In this document: in pieces, positions 28,575 to 37,390 of the stretch
How the letters are laid out: every line of letters starts with the position of its first letter
Numbering within the stretch: the first letter of the stretch is position 1
Sequence record: PQ327946.1
Reading direction: 5' to 3' (one strand)
Length of the DNA: 64,000 nt
Source: a phage
Position numbers and translations under genes: made by a program
Notes under the pieces: model-generated
Seen by the model: only the letters and a program-made list of their open reading frames with translations
What the model was told of the DNA's origin: nothing
The model's database searches: none

Positions 28575-29570
28575 TCATTCCTTAAGAAGTTTTACTACTT
28601 GAATAAGATTAGCTCGTTCTGTTTTATTTTTACCGTTTAAGCCTGCTAATCGTGAGATTTCATCATCAGTCTGTTGAATAGTTACATTAAGTTCGTTAAT
28701 CAAAGCTTCAAAGTATTTGATTTGCTCAGCATGTTTTGATTCAAATTTTTGAACCGGAATAACGTCTTGGTTTAGTTCATCAATAAGGTCTTTAAGAGCA
28801 TCTTCTTGGTTGATATCATATTCAACTTCTTTTATTTCTTCAACGAGCTCGTCTTTATATCTAACGTCTTTTAGTCCTGGTGCTGGTCCTGAAATCTCTT
28901 CTTTAAGAGTACAAACATATCCAATACGGTATCCAATACCGTCTCGCTTGATAACAACTTCGTCAATAAATCCACAATGTTTAAGACCGGAGCCGATTAG
29001 GTCAAAATATCCTTGACGTCGTCCTTCAAACGTTACACGAACTACTAAGACAGTTTTACCTGCAACCTTTTGAAGCTCACATTTATAAAAGTCTGTTGAA
29101 CCTGAATAACGTGGATGAGTTTTAAAGTTCATCTGACGATCTAGGCCCATTTGTAAGCGTGCTGATACGGCCATAAAACGTGTTTGGTTCTCGTTAAGAT
29201 GAGCAACAATCCATTTCAAAGGCATTTTACACTGTTCACGACCGAACAAATCAGTACGTCCTAGATTACGCAGGATGTTGTTAGAGTTAATCATCGACAG
29301 AACGTTAAGTTTATTCAGCGCGCTGAAGATTCCATCGGCCATTGATTTTCCGTAACCTTTACACGCTTTAATAAGCGCTCGCGGTAGATTAGTATAGATT
29401 TCAGACGGCATATGAAAATCAAATTTACTAGTCAGTAATTGATGAACTTGGATAGCAATTTGCTCATAATTAAGTGCTCTGCGATCATTATGGTCTTTAA
29501 ACCACACTTTAATCTGTGAAGCACATAAACCGTTAATTTCATGTTTTACCGCATCAGATGTAATGCTCAT
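28575..29570 (-). CDS. Hypothetical protein with C-terminal coiled coil
   Basis: 331 aa ORF. Confidence 0.55.
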   Translation of the reverse strand: MSITSDAVKHEINGLCASQIKVWFKDHNDRRALNYEQIAIQVHQLLTSKFDFHMPSEIYTNLPRALIKACKGYGKSMADGIFSALNKLNVLSMINSNNILRNLGRTDLFGREQCKMPLKWIVAHLNENQTRFMAVSARLQMGLDRQMNFKTHPRYSGSTDFYKCELQKVAGKTVLVVRVTFEGRRQGYFDLIGSGLKHCGFIDEVVIKRDGIGYRIGYVCTLKEEISGPAPGLKDVRYKDELVEEIKEVEYDINQEDALKDLIDELNQDVIPVQKFESKHAEQIKYFEALINELNVTIQQTDDEISRLAGLNGKNKTERANLIQVVKLLKE

Positions 29571-29632
29571 AACTATTTCCTCAGATTGAATTGGAACTCA
29601 AAACCATTATAACCCGTCCTTGGGTAAAGCGT

Positions 29633-30160
29633 TTATGCGTGAACCGTCTTTAAACGTTCTTCAAATTTCCGAAGAGTACTAATACGTTCTGCTTTCTGTT
29701 TTGTATAGTTTGCAATACGTTCTGAAGTGAGAGCGTATCGTTCGTTTACTGTTTCTTTCATGAAGTCAGGGATTTCACGAGAAGCTTTAATTTCATCAAA
29801 CTTATCGAGTACTGCCTGGTCTTCAGCGATTAAATTTTCGTACATCTCGATATCTTTCTTGATAAACTCGATATCTTCCTGGGTTACTTTGGATAAACGA
29901 GATGCTTTATCCTTTTTGTACTGCTCGTTAGTTTCACGAGACCAGAATAATGTACGTTTTTTGTTAGTGTTTTTGTAGACTTCCACAATTCCAACTGAAT
30001 CGATGATAGCAATCCAATTCCAGCGAGATTTGAAAATCTGACCTCCGTCCACGGTAATCTCGTTACCATAAGCAACGTCATTAAAGAACTTGCTTTGTGC
30101 TTCAGATTTAAATTTACCGTCGTTATAATTTACCAGGTTGAAAATATCTTTAGCGTTCAT
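29633..30160 (-). CDS. Hypothetical protein
   Basis: 175 aa ORF. Confidence 0.5.
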   Translation of the reverse strand: MNAKDIFNLVNYNDGKFKSEAQSKFFNDVAYGNEITVDGGQIFKSRWNWIAIIDSVGIVEVYKNTNKKRTLFWSRETNEQYKKDKASRLSKVTQEDIEFIKKDIEMYENLIAEDQAVLDKFDEIKASREIPDFMKETVNERYALTSERIANYTKQKAERISTLRKFEERLKTVHA

Positions 30161-30187
30161 GTTTTACCTCCAGTAGTTGATAGGTCT

Positions 30188-30216
30188 ATAATAACATAAC
30201 CATAGACCTTGTAAAC
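30188..30216 (-). promoter_or_regulatory. Early promoter GTTTAC-N17-TATTAT within inverted repeat
   Basis: Minus strand GTTTAC, 17 nt, TATTAT; AGGTCTAT/ATAGACCT inverted repeat. Confidence 0.5.
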
Positions 30217-30218
30217 AA

Positions 30219-30506
30219 CTAAAAGAAACTTTTTTCGGTATTTTTTCCACTGAACCAAACCGATTTCGGAATTTTCTGTAATTTTTCAGATTTAAGTTTC
30301 TCTTCCTGTTCTTTCTTATATGCATCCTTGTCGTACTGGAACAACTCTAAGGCATTCTTTTGTAGACGGTCTAAGGTAATTAAGGCTTTAGTTTTTCCTT
30401 TCAAGGAAGAGTCCTGGCGAACCTCCTCGCTATATTGCATCGTAGAACTAACCATACGATGAGCATAGAGTTCTACTGCGGCTTTAATTTTTTGCATAAA
30501 ATCCAT
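30219..30506 (-). CDS. Hypothetical protein
   Basis: 95 aa ORF. Confidence 0.4.
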   Translation of the reverse strand: MDFMQKIKAAVELYAHRMVSSTMQYSEEVRQDSSLKGKTKALITLDRLQKNALELFQYDKDAYKKEQEEKLKSEKLQKIPKSVWFSGKNTEKSFF

Positions 30507-30644
30507 AACATATCCTCTTTGATTTGTACATCATTATTTTTAAATATTTCTATGCCCTCAGTAGGTTCCTGGTGTCCTTCTTTGAGGTAAGCCATATGAT
30601 TATTCATCTTTATGGCTTTTGTTACCTCAGAACTTCCTATAAGC

Positions 30645-31646
30645 TTATTTCAGTAAAGTTACTTCAGAGATTTCCTCCCAACCATCTTTATCAGTTGAAA
30701 TAAAATCTGCTACGTAAAGAGCCGTACGTAATGATACATTGCGAAGACGAGATACGTTAGCCTTCATCCAGGACAATGCTTTATACGTTTCTGCATCCGT
30801 CAGACCACGTTTCTGCATCATGTCAGTAGATAATATTACATCTTCAACTCGAACCATAATCTCTTCATTAGAGTGTACTCCAAGGTCGAGATACACTGAA
30901 CGAGATACTAAAGCTTGAAGGTGTGGGGCAAGTTTCGAACCGCGTTCTAACTCTTTATCGATATCAACGTTTGTAATGAAAACGATAGTACCTTCAAACT
31001 CAAATTCTTTATCAATACCCTTATCATCGAGATAAGATGACGCAGTGCTCCAACAAACTTTGCGTTTATCTCCAGTATCTAATGCTGCTTTAAGAAGGTT
31101 CAAGATGTCCATATCTGAGAATACGTCAACGTCGTCGATTAAGAGAACGCTGTCTGCATCACGGTTGAGCCAAAGTTGTTCGTAAAGGCCGATACCAGAG
31201 ATTTTACCATTAATGCTTTTGTATTTGATGAAACCATTATCATTAGCGTTATTAAGTGCTTTATCCAGAGAATACGTCTTACCAATACCAGCTGCACCTG
31301 AAATAATGAGTGAACGAATTTTACCATCGATAATGCCATTCGTCATCATGTTCATTACTTTAAAGCGTTTGTTGATACGAGTTTTCATATCTTCAGTGCT
31401 TTCAACGACTGCAACTGGTGATGTCTCAACTCCTTCCATTACGATGTCTGATTTGAAGACCCATACTCCACGTTCAGAACCGTCAATCATAACGAAGATT
31501 TTACCATCACCTAAGTGGGAACATTCAGGATTAAGCTTTGCCGGGAACCAGGTCTTTGTGGCAACATAAGAACCAGAGATTTCGTTATTACGATAGATAC
31601 CTTTTTTGATTTGAACGTTGAACATTTTATTCTCCAATTTACTCAT
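30645..31646 (-). CDS. AAA-type ATPase
   Basis: 333 aa; Walker A GAAGIGKT and Walker B VLLIDDVD. Confidence 0.6.
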   Translation of the reverse strand: MSKLENKMFNVQIKKGIYRNNEISGSYVATKTWFPAKLNPECSHLGDGKIFVMIDGSERGVWVFKSDIVMEGVETSPVAVVESTEDMKTRINKRFKVMNMMTNGIIDGKIRSLIISGAAGIGKTYSLDKALNNANDNGFIKYKSINGKISGIGLYEQLWLNRDADSVLLIDDVDVFSDMDILNLLKAALDTGDKRKVCWSTASSYLDDKGIDKEFEFEGTIVFITNVDIDKELERGSKLAPHLQALVSRSVYLDLGVHSNEEIMVRVEDVILSTDMMQKRGLTDAETYKALSWMKANVSRLRNVSLRTALYVADFISTDKDGWEEISEVTLLK

Positions 31647-31663
31647 TTCGTTTCGATAGGTCT

Positions 31664-31691
31664 ATAATAACATATCCTAAAAGCATGTACA
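31664..31691 (-). promoter_or_regulatory. Early promoter-like element (TGTACA-N16-TATTAT)
   Basis: Minus strand TGTACA, 16 nt, TATTAT upstream of ATPase gene. Confidence 0.4.
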
Positions 31692-31720
31692 CCACTTTTT
31701 AAAAATATTTTATCCCCCTA

Positions 31721-31738
31721 AAGGGCCTTCAGGCCCTT
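31721..31738 (-). terminator. GC-rich hairpin after nucleotidyltransferase gene
   Basis: AAGGGCC-TTCA-GGCCCTT directly after stop at 31740; weak U-tract. Confidence 0.35.
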
Positions 31739-31739
31739 A

Positions 31740-32753
31740 TCATTTATAGTACGAATTGTGGTTTTCTAAGTAAACTTGTTCAAGGAAGTCATCCCAGAAA
31801 CTCATATCTACTTTTTGCTGCATACCATTCTTAGCGGCTTGTTCTGACGCATGTTCTACCTGGTCAACAATATCTTCCAGGAATTCTTGTACAGTTTTAA
31901 ACGTATGTTTACCAAGCTTAACATCGAGAATAAATGGAGCATCTTGAAGCGGGTAAACCAGGTCGCCGGTTTTGTAAATTTCCAATAATTGAAGTCCACC
32001 ACGGCATGCATGACTCAATGCTTTCCAGTCAATACCTTCGTTAGCTTCTGCCTTACGAGCACGTTCACCGTATTCGGCATCAAGTTTATTCAAAGACTGC
32101 TTAAGCTCAATAAGAGAAAGTGTTGTCTGATATTTACGACCCAACACAGTGTAGAACGTTTGTGGGCCGGTTTTCTCATGATTATGGAATACCCATTCAC
32201 AAAACTCGTTTTCAGGGAGTCGGTGTTTGATATCTTCTACCTTAGTTCGGCGTAAACGATCTGGAATTCCCTCTTGGTAATCAACCCACTGGTCAGGGAT
32301 TTGATTAACTACTTTCAATACATCACGTAATGCGGCCAATCGAGAACCCTTGACGCCATATTTAGAAGCTTGCTTACGGACATACCCTAAATAAGATTTC
32401 ATGTTAGTAGTATAGAAACGAGACCTGTTGTCTCGAATATACTTCCACACGTCAGGCAAATCAGATTTAACTACTAAACTTGGTGGAGTGTGAAGCATAT
32501 CTAATGCGACTGTTTCACCATCTGCAGCTAGTTTAAAGAAATATTTGAGACTATACAACTCATGGTCCACGTCGTCTTTTGTGTTCTTAGAAGACGTGTT
32601 ATTCGTGTTCTTGCTCATATGTTCTTTAACGTTACCGGTCAAGATATCACGAGCATGAGGGACGTAAATTTCTTTAAAATCGACGTCAGATTCAGGAGTA
32701 GACGTTCCATAAAGGTGACTACCAAAATAAGTTTTCACAATTGTTTTCATCAT
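31740..32753 (-). CDS. Pol-beta superfamily nucleotidyltransferase-like protein
   Basis: 337 aa; N-terminal GS ... SDVDF minimal NTase motif. Confidence 0.5.
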   Translation of the reverse strand: MMKTIVKTYFGSHLYGTSTPESDVDFKEIYVPHARDILTGNVKEHMSKNTNNTSSKNTKDDVDHELYSLKYFFKLAADGETVALDMLHTPPSLVVKSDLPDVWKYIRDNRSRFYTTNMKSYLGYVRKQASKYGVKGSRLAALRDVLKVVNQIPDQWVDYQEGIPDRLRRTKVEDIKHRLPENEFCEWVFHNHEKTGPQTFYTVLGRKYQTTLSLIELKQSLNKLDAEYGERARKAEANEGIDWKALSHACRGGLQLLEIYKTGDLVYPLQDAPFILDVKLGKHTFKTVQEFLEDIVDQVEHASEQAAKNGMQQKVDMSFWDDFLEQVYLENHNSYYK

Positions 32754-33223
32754 TTAGCCTTATATTCAAGAGTAGGACAGACTTTTTCTTTACGAGCTTT
32801 AAGGTATTCACCTATTAATGATTTCTTACGTTCAATAGGCTCAAGTCCATTTTTAATTCGTTCTTGGTTTTGTGCAATGAGCTCAACTTCTTTATAATAC
32901 TTCCGCTCTCTGTATAAGTCGATTAGCCACGGTATGCCTAATACTAAAACTATAGAAATACCAACACATAATGCAATGAATAAAACACCTACGCCAATTG
33001 AGGCCGGAACTAATGACCATAAACTACTAAAGACAAAGAATTTAGTTAAAATTTCCTGGCCAACGATTGTGGCCGCTGCTAAAATCGCAAATCCAATAAT
33101 CGAAACAAACAATACCGGGAGAAACGTTTTCCAAAAATAAGCACACAACGTTTTCGGGCGATTCCATGTACTATTGAACGCGGCGTAAATTTTAAAGTGC
33201 CAAGAGTTTTCATTGATAATCAT
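32750..33223 (-). CDS. Membrane protein
   Basis: 157 aa with two to three hydrophobic helices. Confidence 0.5.
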   Translation of the reverse strand: MIINENSWHFKIYAAFNSTWNRPKTLCAYFWKTFLPVLFVSIIGFAILAAATIVGQEILTKFFVFSSLWSLVPASIGVGVLFIALCVGISIVLVLGIPWLIDLYRERKYYKEVELIAQNQERIKNGLEPIERKKSLIGEYLKARKEKVCPTLEYKAK

Positions 33224-33232
33224 AATAATTCC

Positions 33233-33763
33233 TTATTTCAAAGTTGGGATAATAGAATCGAGATAAGCTTTAAGAGCAACTGCTTCATCTTTGTCTAATG
33301 TAACGATATGCTGACGAAGGTCATCAATTTGACGAATAACTACAACATCGCCATCTTCATAAGAAGGATTAACACCTAGGATCGTTGTATAGTCAGGGCG
33401 GTCCTGATTTGTAATAAAAGCATTACGGCATTTAGCCCATTGAAGTTTGGCTTTTTTGTCTGTTTCAGATTCCATGAATTCTTTCACCTTAGTGACGAAT
33501 GTTTTCCAATTATTAATAGAAAAACATTCGTCTTCAGTTTCGATATTAACCCCACTATAAAGTCCGTGATAAAAACGAACTTGAAGGTCTTCATCAATGT
33601 TAATTACAGATGCATGGCCGGGTGGATTGAGTTTCAAAATCTTGTCCAGTTCCATAGGAAGAATAGTAGCAGCATCATCTTCTTGTGTCAGAACATACAC
33701 ATAACCACGTTTTTCGATACATAAATCACCAAACAACTCGGTTGTTTCAATTACAGTTTTCAT
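33233..33763 (-). CDS. Hypothetical protein
   Basis: ATG at 33763; track start is TTG. Confidence 0.5.
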   Translation of the reverse strand: MKTVIETTELFGDLCIEKRGYVYVLTQEDDAATILPMELDKILKLNPPGHASVINIDEDLQVRFYHGLYSGVNIETEDECFSINNWKTFVTKVKEFMESETDKKAKLQWAKCRNAFITNQDRPDYTTILGVNPSYEDGDVVVIRQIDDLRQHIVTLDKDEAVALKAYLDSIIPTLK

Positions 33764-33764
33764 A

Positions 33765-33944
33765 TTATTCACCAATTAAAGTTTCAACAAAATTCACCAA
33801 AGCATTCTGGCAAGCATCAACCTGATTTTCATAAAAGTCTCCGTTATCATTTACCGCATGATAAGCTACATCATTCAAATCTGAATCGGCTTCACGTAAG
33901 TCATGGATAAGTTCCATCAATTTATTAGCTTGTTCACGGGTCAT
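33765..33944 (-). CDS. Small ORF (59 aa) below the track cutoff
   Basis: Hand translation MTREQANKLMELIHDLREADSDL...; ATGA-type junction with downstream gene. Confidence 0.35.
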   Translation of the reverse strand: MTREQANKLMELIHDLREADSDLNDVAYHAVNDNGDFYENQVDACQNALVNFVETLIGE

Positions 33945-34108
33945 TTTACCATACTCATTTCAATAAGATTCACTATGCCGTTTACCATGTTATAAGTAAA
34001 CATCGGATAATTGTATTGTACTACAACATAAGCGATAAGCAAAAGTTTCATTTTGTTCTCCATTTGTTTTGGTAGGATTACTATATCATAGTCCTACCAA
34101 GACGTAAA

Positions 34109-34324
34109 CTACCGATTATGTTTTAAAATGCTATAAAGAGCTTCTACTTGGCTTGCATCCAGGTAAATAACATCATCATCTTGCTCAATGGAAATCCCAC
34201 CAGTATTACCTGCAACAAAATTACATTCACATACTTCAACTGGGCGGTATACGTCACCAACTGGATGCTCAGGTTCCAGAACAATCACACCATTTTCAAA
34301 ATTACCACTTGGGTCATACAGCAT
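34109..34324 (-). CDS. Small protein, MLYD family paralog 1
   Basis: ATG at 34324; MLYDPSGNFENGVIVLEPE parallels neighbour. Confidence 0.45.
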   Translation of the reverse strand: MLYDPSGNFENGVIVLEPEHPVGDVYRPVEVCECNFVAGNTGGISIEQDDDVIYLDASQVEALYSILKHNR

Positions 34325-34415
34325 TACAGTTTCCTCGCTAACCATGAAAAGAATAAACCAATTAAAACAGGCCCTATAGCCATTGTTAACCAAGCCCAAG
34401 GTTCAAGATAGTAAA

Positions 34416-34580
34416 TCATCTCATGCTCCTGTGCCAACAGTTTCTTGGTTCACGTTTAAAAATTTCATCACGCATTGATTGACAACCAACACAAAACATC
34501 ACTACCATATCATCTTCAGCGCTTTCAGGTAAAAGTTCAAGTACACCGTCTTCAGATTTTCCAGTATAATCGTAAAGCAT
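34416..34580 (-). CDS. Small protein, MLYD family paralog 2
   Basis: ATG at 34580; MLYDYTGKSEDGVLELLPE; CxxC pair. Confidence 0.45.
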   Translation of the reverse strand: MLYDYTGKSEDGVLELLPESAEDDMVVMFCVGCQSMRDEIFKREPRNCWHRSMR

Positions 34581-34587
34581 AATATCC

Positions 34588-34767
34588 TCACATAATCTCG
34601 TTAACATACATTTGCAATTCGGTGTGGGCTTCGGCCATCTTTTTCATAGCTCTGTTAATGTCGATGTCTCCATCTTCGCAACCATGAGCATTTTCCCAAT
34701 CAGATACCGCATTAGCATACTCTTCAATCAAAAACATCAACTTAGAAATCTTTTCTTTACGTGACAT
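34588..34767 (-). CDS. Hypothetical small protein
   Basis: ATG at 34767 (MSRKEK...). Confidence 0.4.
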   Translation of the reverse strand: MSRKEKISKLMFLIEEYANAVSDWENAHGCEDGDIDINRAMKKMAEAHTELQMYVNEIM

Positions 34768-34794
34768 AACGTTCTCCTCTAGTAAGTAAGGTCT

Positions 34795-34823
34795 ACTATA
34801 ACACAACCTGAGGAGAAGTAAAC
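34795..34823 (-). promoter_or_regulatory. Early promoter GTTTAC-N17-TATAGT
   Basis: Minus strand GTTTAC, 17 nt, TATAGT; flanked by TTCTCCTC/GAGGAGAA inverted repeat. Confidence 0.5.
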
Positions 34824-34833
34824 TGCTAAATGC

Positions 34834-34861
34834 AAAAAAGCCCCAACCGTAAGGAAGGGGC
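34834..34861 (-). terminator. Rho-independent terminator (repeat family copy 1)
   Basis: Minus strand GCCCCUUCCUUACGGUUGGGGC followed by U-run. Confidence 0.6.
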
Positions 34862-34868
34862 TAGTAAA

Positions 34869-35171
34869 TTAGATAGATGTAGGCTCTAATTTTATTTTCA
34901 TGAACTCGGCAAATTGTCTGGCAGTTTTTATGCCTTGTTCATGACATTCAAATGCATCATCACAGGGGCTATTTTTGTAATGCTTTGCCATATACTTATA
35001 GAATTTTTCAGAATTCTCGACATTTTGAATTTCAAACAAAGTATATACGTTTTTAATCCCTGATTCCATAAAGTTATCAAAATATGGGTCGGTGTACGCA
35101 GTACCAACGTTAGGAGTTGTTGCTGCAAAAAACCCCAGCATCGCCATGACAGCTATCGCTCTTAAGGCCAT
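34869..35171 (-). CDS. Secreted small protein
   Basis: 100 aa; N-terminal signal-peptide-like hydrophobic segment. Confidence 0.5.
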   Translation of the reverse strand: MALRAIAVMAMLGFFAATTPNVGTAYTDPYFDNFMESGIKNVYTLFEIQNVENSEKFYKYMAKHYKNSPCDDAFECHEQGIKTARQFAEFMKIKLEPTSI

Positions 35172-35183
35172 ATAGGCCTCCTG

Positions 35184-35396
35184 TTAATTTTGGCCAGTAT
35201 TTATTTTTCGCCTTTGGACGGCCTTAACATCTGTGAGGTATTTTTCCAGCTTGCGCTTGCGTGTATAATCAGCTTTAGAACCAGTTTGACGGATATCCTC
35301 GTTTAAATGAGAAATAGAATGTCCTATTTCTCTTCGGATTTCATCCAATTGGGTTACAGTAAGATTACGAAGTTGTCTTTCGTTTAATTGCTGCAT
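35184..35396 (-). CDS. Hypothetical small protein
   Basis: 70 aa ORF. Confidence 0.4.
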   Translation of the reverse strand: MQQLNERQLRNLTVTQLDEIRREIGHSISHLNEDIRQTGSKADYTRKRKLEKYLTDVKAVQRRKINTGQN

Positions 35397-35420
35397 ATAT
35401 ACCTCTTGGTTAGATATTAG

Positions 35421-35428
35421 TATTTATA
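35421..35428 (-). promoter_or_regulatory. Late promoter-like TATAAATA
   Basis: Exact TATAAATA on minus strand about 25 nt upstream of ATG 35396. Confidence 0.4.
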
Positions 35429-36005
35429 ACAACCCTGTCAAATCATTCCAATGCTTCCGGCATAATGACACATATCTATCGGTATCACCAATTTCAATTT
35501 GACTGCCATCTGTAATTGGAAGTCCGTCTTCCGTGACTCTAGCTACCATTGTGGCCTTTTTACCACAATGACAGACACCTTTAAGTTCAACAAGCTTATC
35601 GGCAATAGCCATTAATGCTTGAGAACCTTCAAATAGATTACCTTTAAAATCTGTTCGTAGTCCATATGCCATTACCGGCACATTGTATACGTCAACAATA
35701 CGACTAAGTTGATACACCTTTTCAGTAGTTAAGAACTGAGCTTCGTCAACAAATACACAATGAATATCCTTTTGTGCTGCAGCCCATTTATAGAATTCAA
35801 AGATATCCATGTCTTTTGTAATTATATTGGCATCCTGACGAATACCAATACGAGAGACTATTTCACCTTTTGAATCACGAGTATCAATAGCCGGTTTAAG
35901 AACTAATACACCCATGCCACGTTCTTTATAGTTGTGTGCGGCTGTAAGTAATGAAGCAGACTTACCAGCGTTCATAGCGGCGTATGTAAAAATTAAACTC
36001 GCCAT
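35424..36005 (-). CDS. tk: Thymidine kinase
   Basis: 193 aa; P-loop AMNAGKS; zinc ribbon CHCGKKA. Confidence 0.9.
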   Translation of the reverse strand: MASLIFTYAAMNAGKSASLLTAAHNYKERGMGVLVLKPAIDTRDSKGEIVSRIGIRQDANIITKDMDIFEFYKWAAAQKDIHCVFVDEAQFLTTEKVYQLSRIVDVYNVPVMAYGLRTDFKGNLFEGSQALMAIADKLVELKGVCHCGKKATMVARVTEDGLPITDGSQIEIGDTDRYVSLCRKHWNDLTGLL

Positions 36006-36006
36006 T

Positions 36007-36195
36007 TTAATCCTTAGTTAAATTTTCTAAATATGTTTTTAAATCATTTTCAGCTTTATCGATAGATTTTACTAATTCGTAATATGTTTCGGCATCTCCA
36101 TATTCAGAAGATATTTCAAAAGACAAATCCTTTTCTAAACTAATAATTTCACCAACTAAAAATAATATTTCGTTCTTTTGTTCGCGAGTAATCAT
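36007..36195 (-). CDS. Small protein, paralog pair member
   Basis: 62 aa; similar spacing of EQK ... EY.EL.K to neighbour. Confidence 0.4.
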   Translation of the reverse strand: MITREQKNEILFLVGEIISLEKDLSFEISSEYGDAETYYELVKSIDKAENDLKTYLENLTKD

Positions 36196-36383
36196 AAGGA
36201 ATTTATATAATTAATAAGTTCTTGTTCTTTATTATCGAATTCTTTAGAAAGTTCTTCGTACTCGTTTGCACTAAAAGGACCGCATTCATTACAAACTTTT
36301 TCCAATTCACTATTTTTATCCATAACTTCGTGGATAAGAGAAAAGAGTTTGTCTTTTTGTTCTTTACTTAAACTCATAACCAT
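36192..36383 (-). CDS. Small protein, paralog pair member
   Basis: 63 aa ORF. Confidence 0.4.
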   Translation of the reverse strand: MVMSLSKEQKDKLFSLIHEVMDKNSELEKVCNECGPFSANEYEELSKEFDNKEQELINYINSL

Positions 36384-36601
36384 GTCACCTTTAAGCAGTA
36401 TTCTTCTACATGCTGTTTACGACCTTTCTTATCAATAAAGGTATATTCAACGAATGTTCCGATGTAGTCTTTATCTACATCATGTGGACTATTAATTGGA
36501 CATTTGGTACGACAAATGCGTTCCCATTGACGAATAATTACTACCTTATTCTTTGGGTCATATGGATGTGGATAATGTATATTCATAATAACGGTTCCCA
36601 A
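36374..36601 (-). CDS. Hypothetical small protein
   Basis: 75 aa ORF. Confidence 0.4.
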   Translation of the reverse strand: MGTVIMNIHYPHPYDPKNKVVIIRQWERICRTKCPINSPHDVDKDYIGTFVEYTFIDKKGRKQHVEEYCLKVTWL

Positions 36602-37080
36602 TCAACAATCACAATTTCTAGTTTAGTGGAATACGTATCTAAAATCTCTTCGATGACATCCCAGTTTCCACCACCGATACCTGCACCAATTCTTGGCATA
36701 TAAATTACAGGCTTTGTTATCTTATTCTTTCCGAATTCATTTAATTCTATTATACAATTCATTAAAGCAGAGTACTCAAAATTAGGTCCCGGCTCAAACT
36801 GCGTATAAAGATTAAAGCAATAAGCTTTATGGGTCTTAAAATATTTTTCATAAACTGAATAAGTCCCGAGTTTAGACTCGTCTCCGAATTCGGTTTGAAG
36901 TTTATCGGCTTCTAAAATTTTTGGATAAGCCTTTGCTAATTGGCCTGCTACACCGGCGCCCATTGTATGAAAACAATTACACCCATGAGCAATATTATTA
37001 CCTTTAGAAAACAGGGCGACAATATCGCCCTTGATATAGTTTTTAATCACTTGCTGCAAGTCCTCTATTATAAGAGTCAA
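36583..37080 (-). CDS. Macro-domain (ADP-ribose binding/processing) protein
   Basis: 165 aa; glycine-rich MGAGVAG and IGAGIGGG segments in macro-domain arrangement. Confidence 0.6.
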   Translation of the reverse strand: MTLIIEDLQQVIKNYIKGDIVALFSKGNNIAHGCNCFHTMGAGVAGQLAKAYPKILEADKLQTEFGDESKLGTYSVYEKYFKTHKAYCFNLYTQFEPGPNFEYSALMNCIIELNEFGKNKITKPVIYMPRIGAGIGGGNWDVIEEILDTYSTKLEIVIVDWEPLL

Positions 37081-37390
37081 CTAGACGGTCCACCATAGAA
37101 TTGCATGCTGCTTTATCTTTAGGTTCCGCCACCGAGCATTCTAATATTTGCCATTTTTTATAGTATCTTTTAATTAAGGTAGACGCCTTGAACCTACTAG
37201 ACGCCCCATCTTTTTCTCCGTCTTTATACGCATATAACAATTTTTGTGAAAAATCTACTTTACACTCTTGACTTTGACCACAATAATCAGATGCCGTTCT
37301 GTTTGTATACTCCGTTACATCAGTATATGTAGTATTAGCAAGAGCGTTAAATGAAACCAAGCCAACTATTAAAGCCAACATTTTGGTCAT
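37043..37390 (-). CDS. Secreted/periplasmic protein
   Basis: 115 aa; signal-peptide-like N-terminus. Confidence 0.5.
   Translation of the reverse strand: MTKMLALIVGLVSFNALANTTYTDVTEYTNRTASDYCGQSQECKVDFSQKLLYAYKDGEKDGASSRFKASTLIKRYYKKWQILECSVAEPKDKAACNSMVDRLVDSYNRGLAASD

Noticed and set aside
31213-31569. 118-aa plus-strand ORF inside the AAA ATPase gene
   Set aside because: Antisense overlap; no independent start signals
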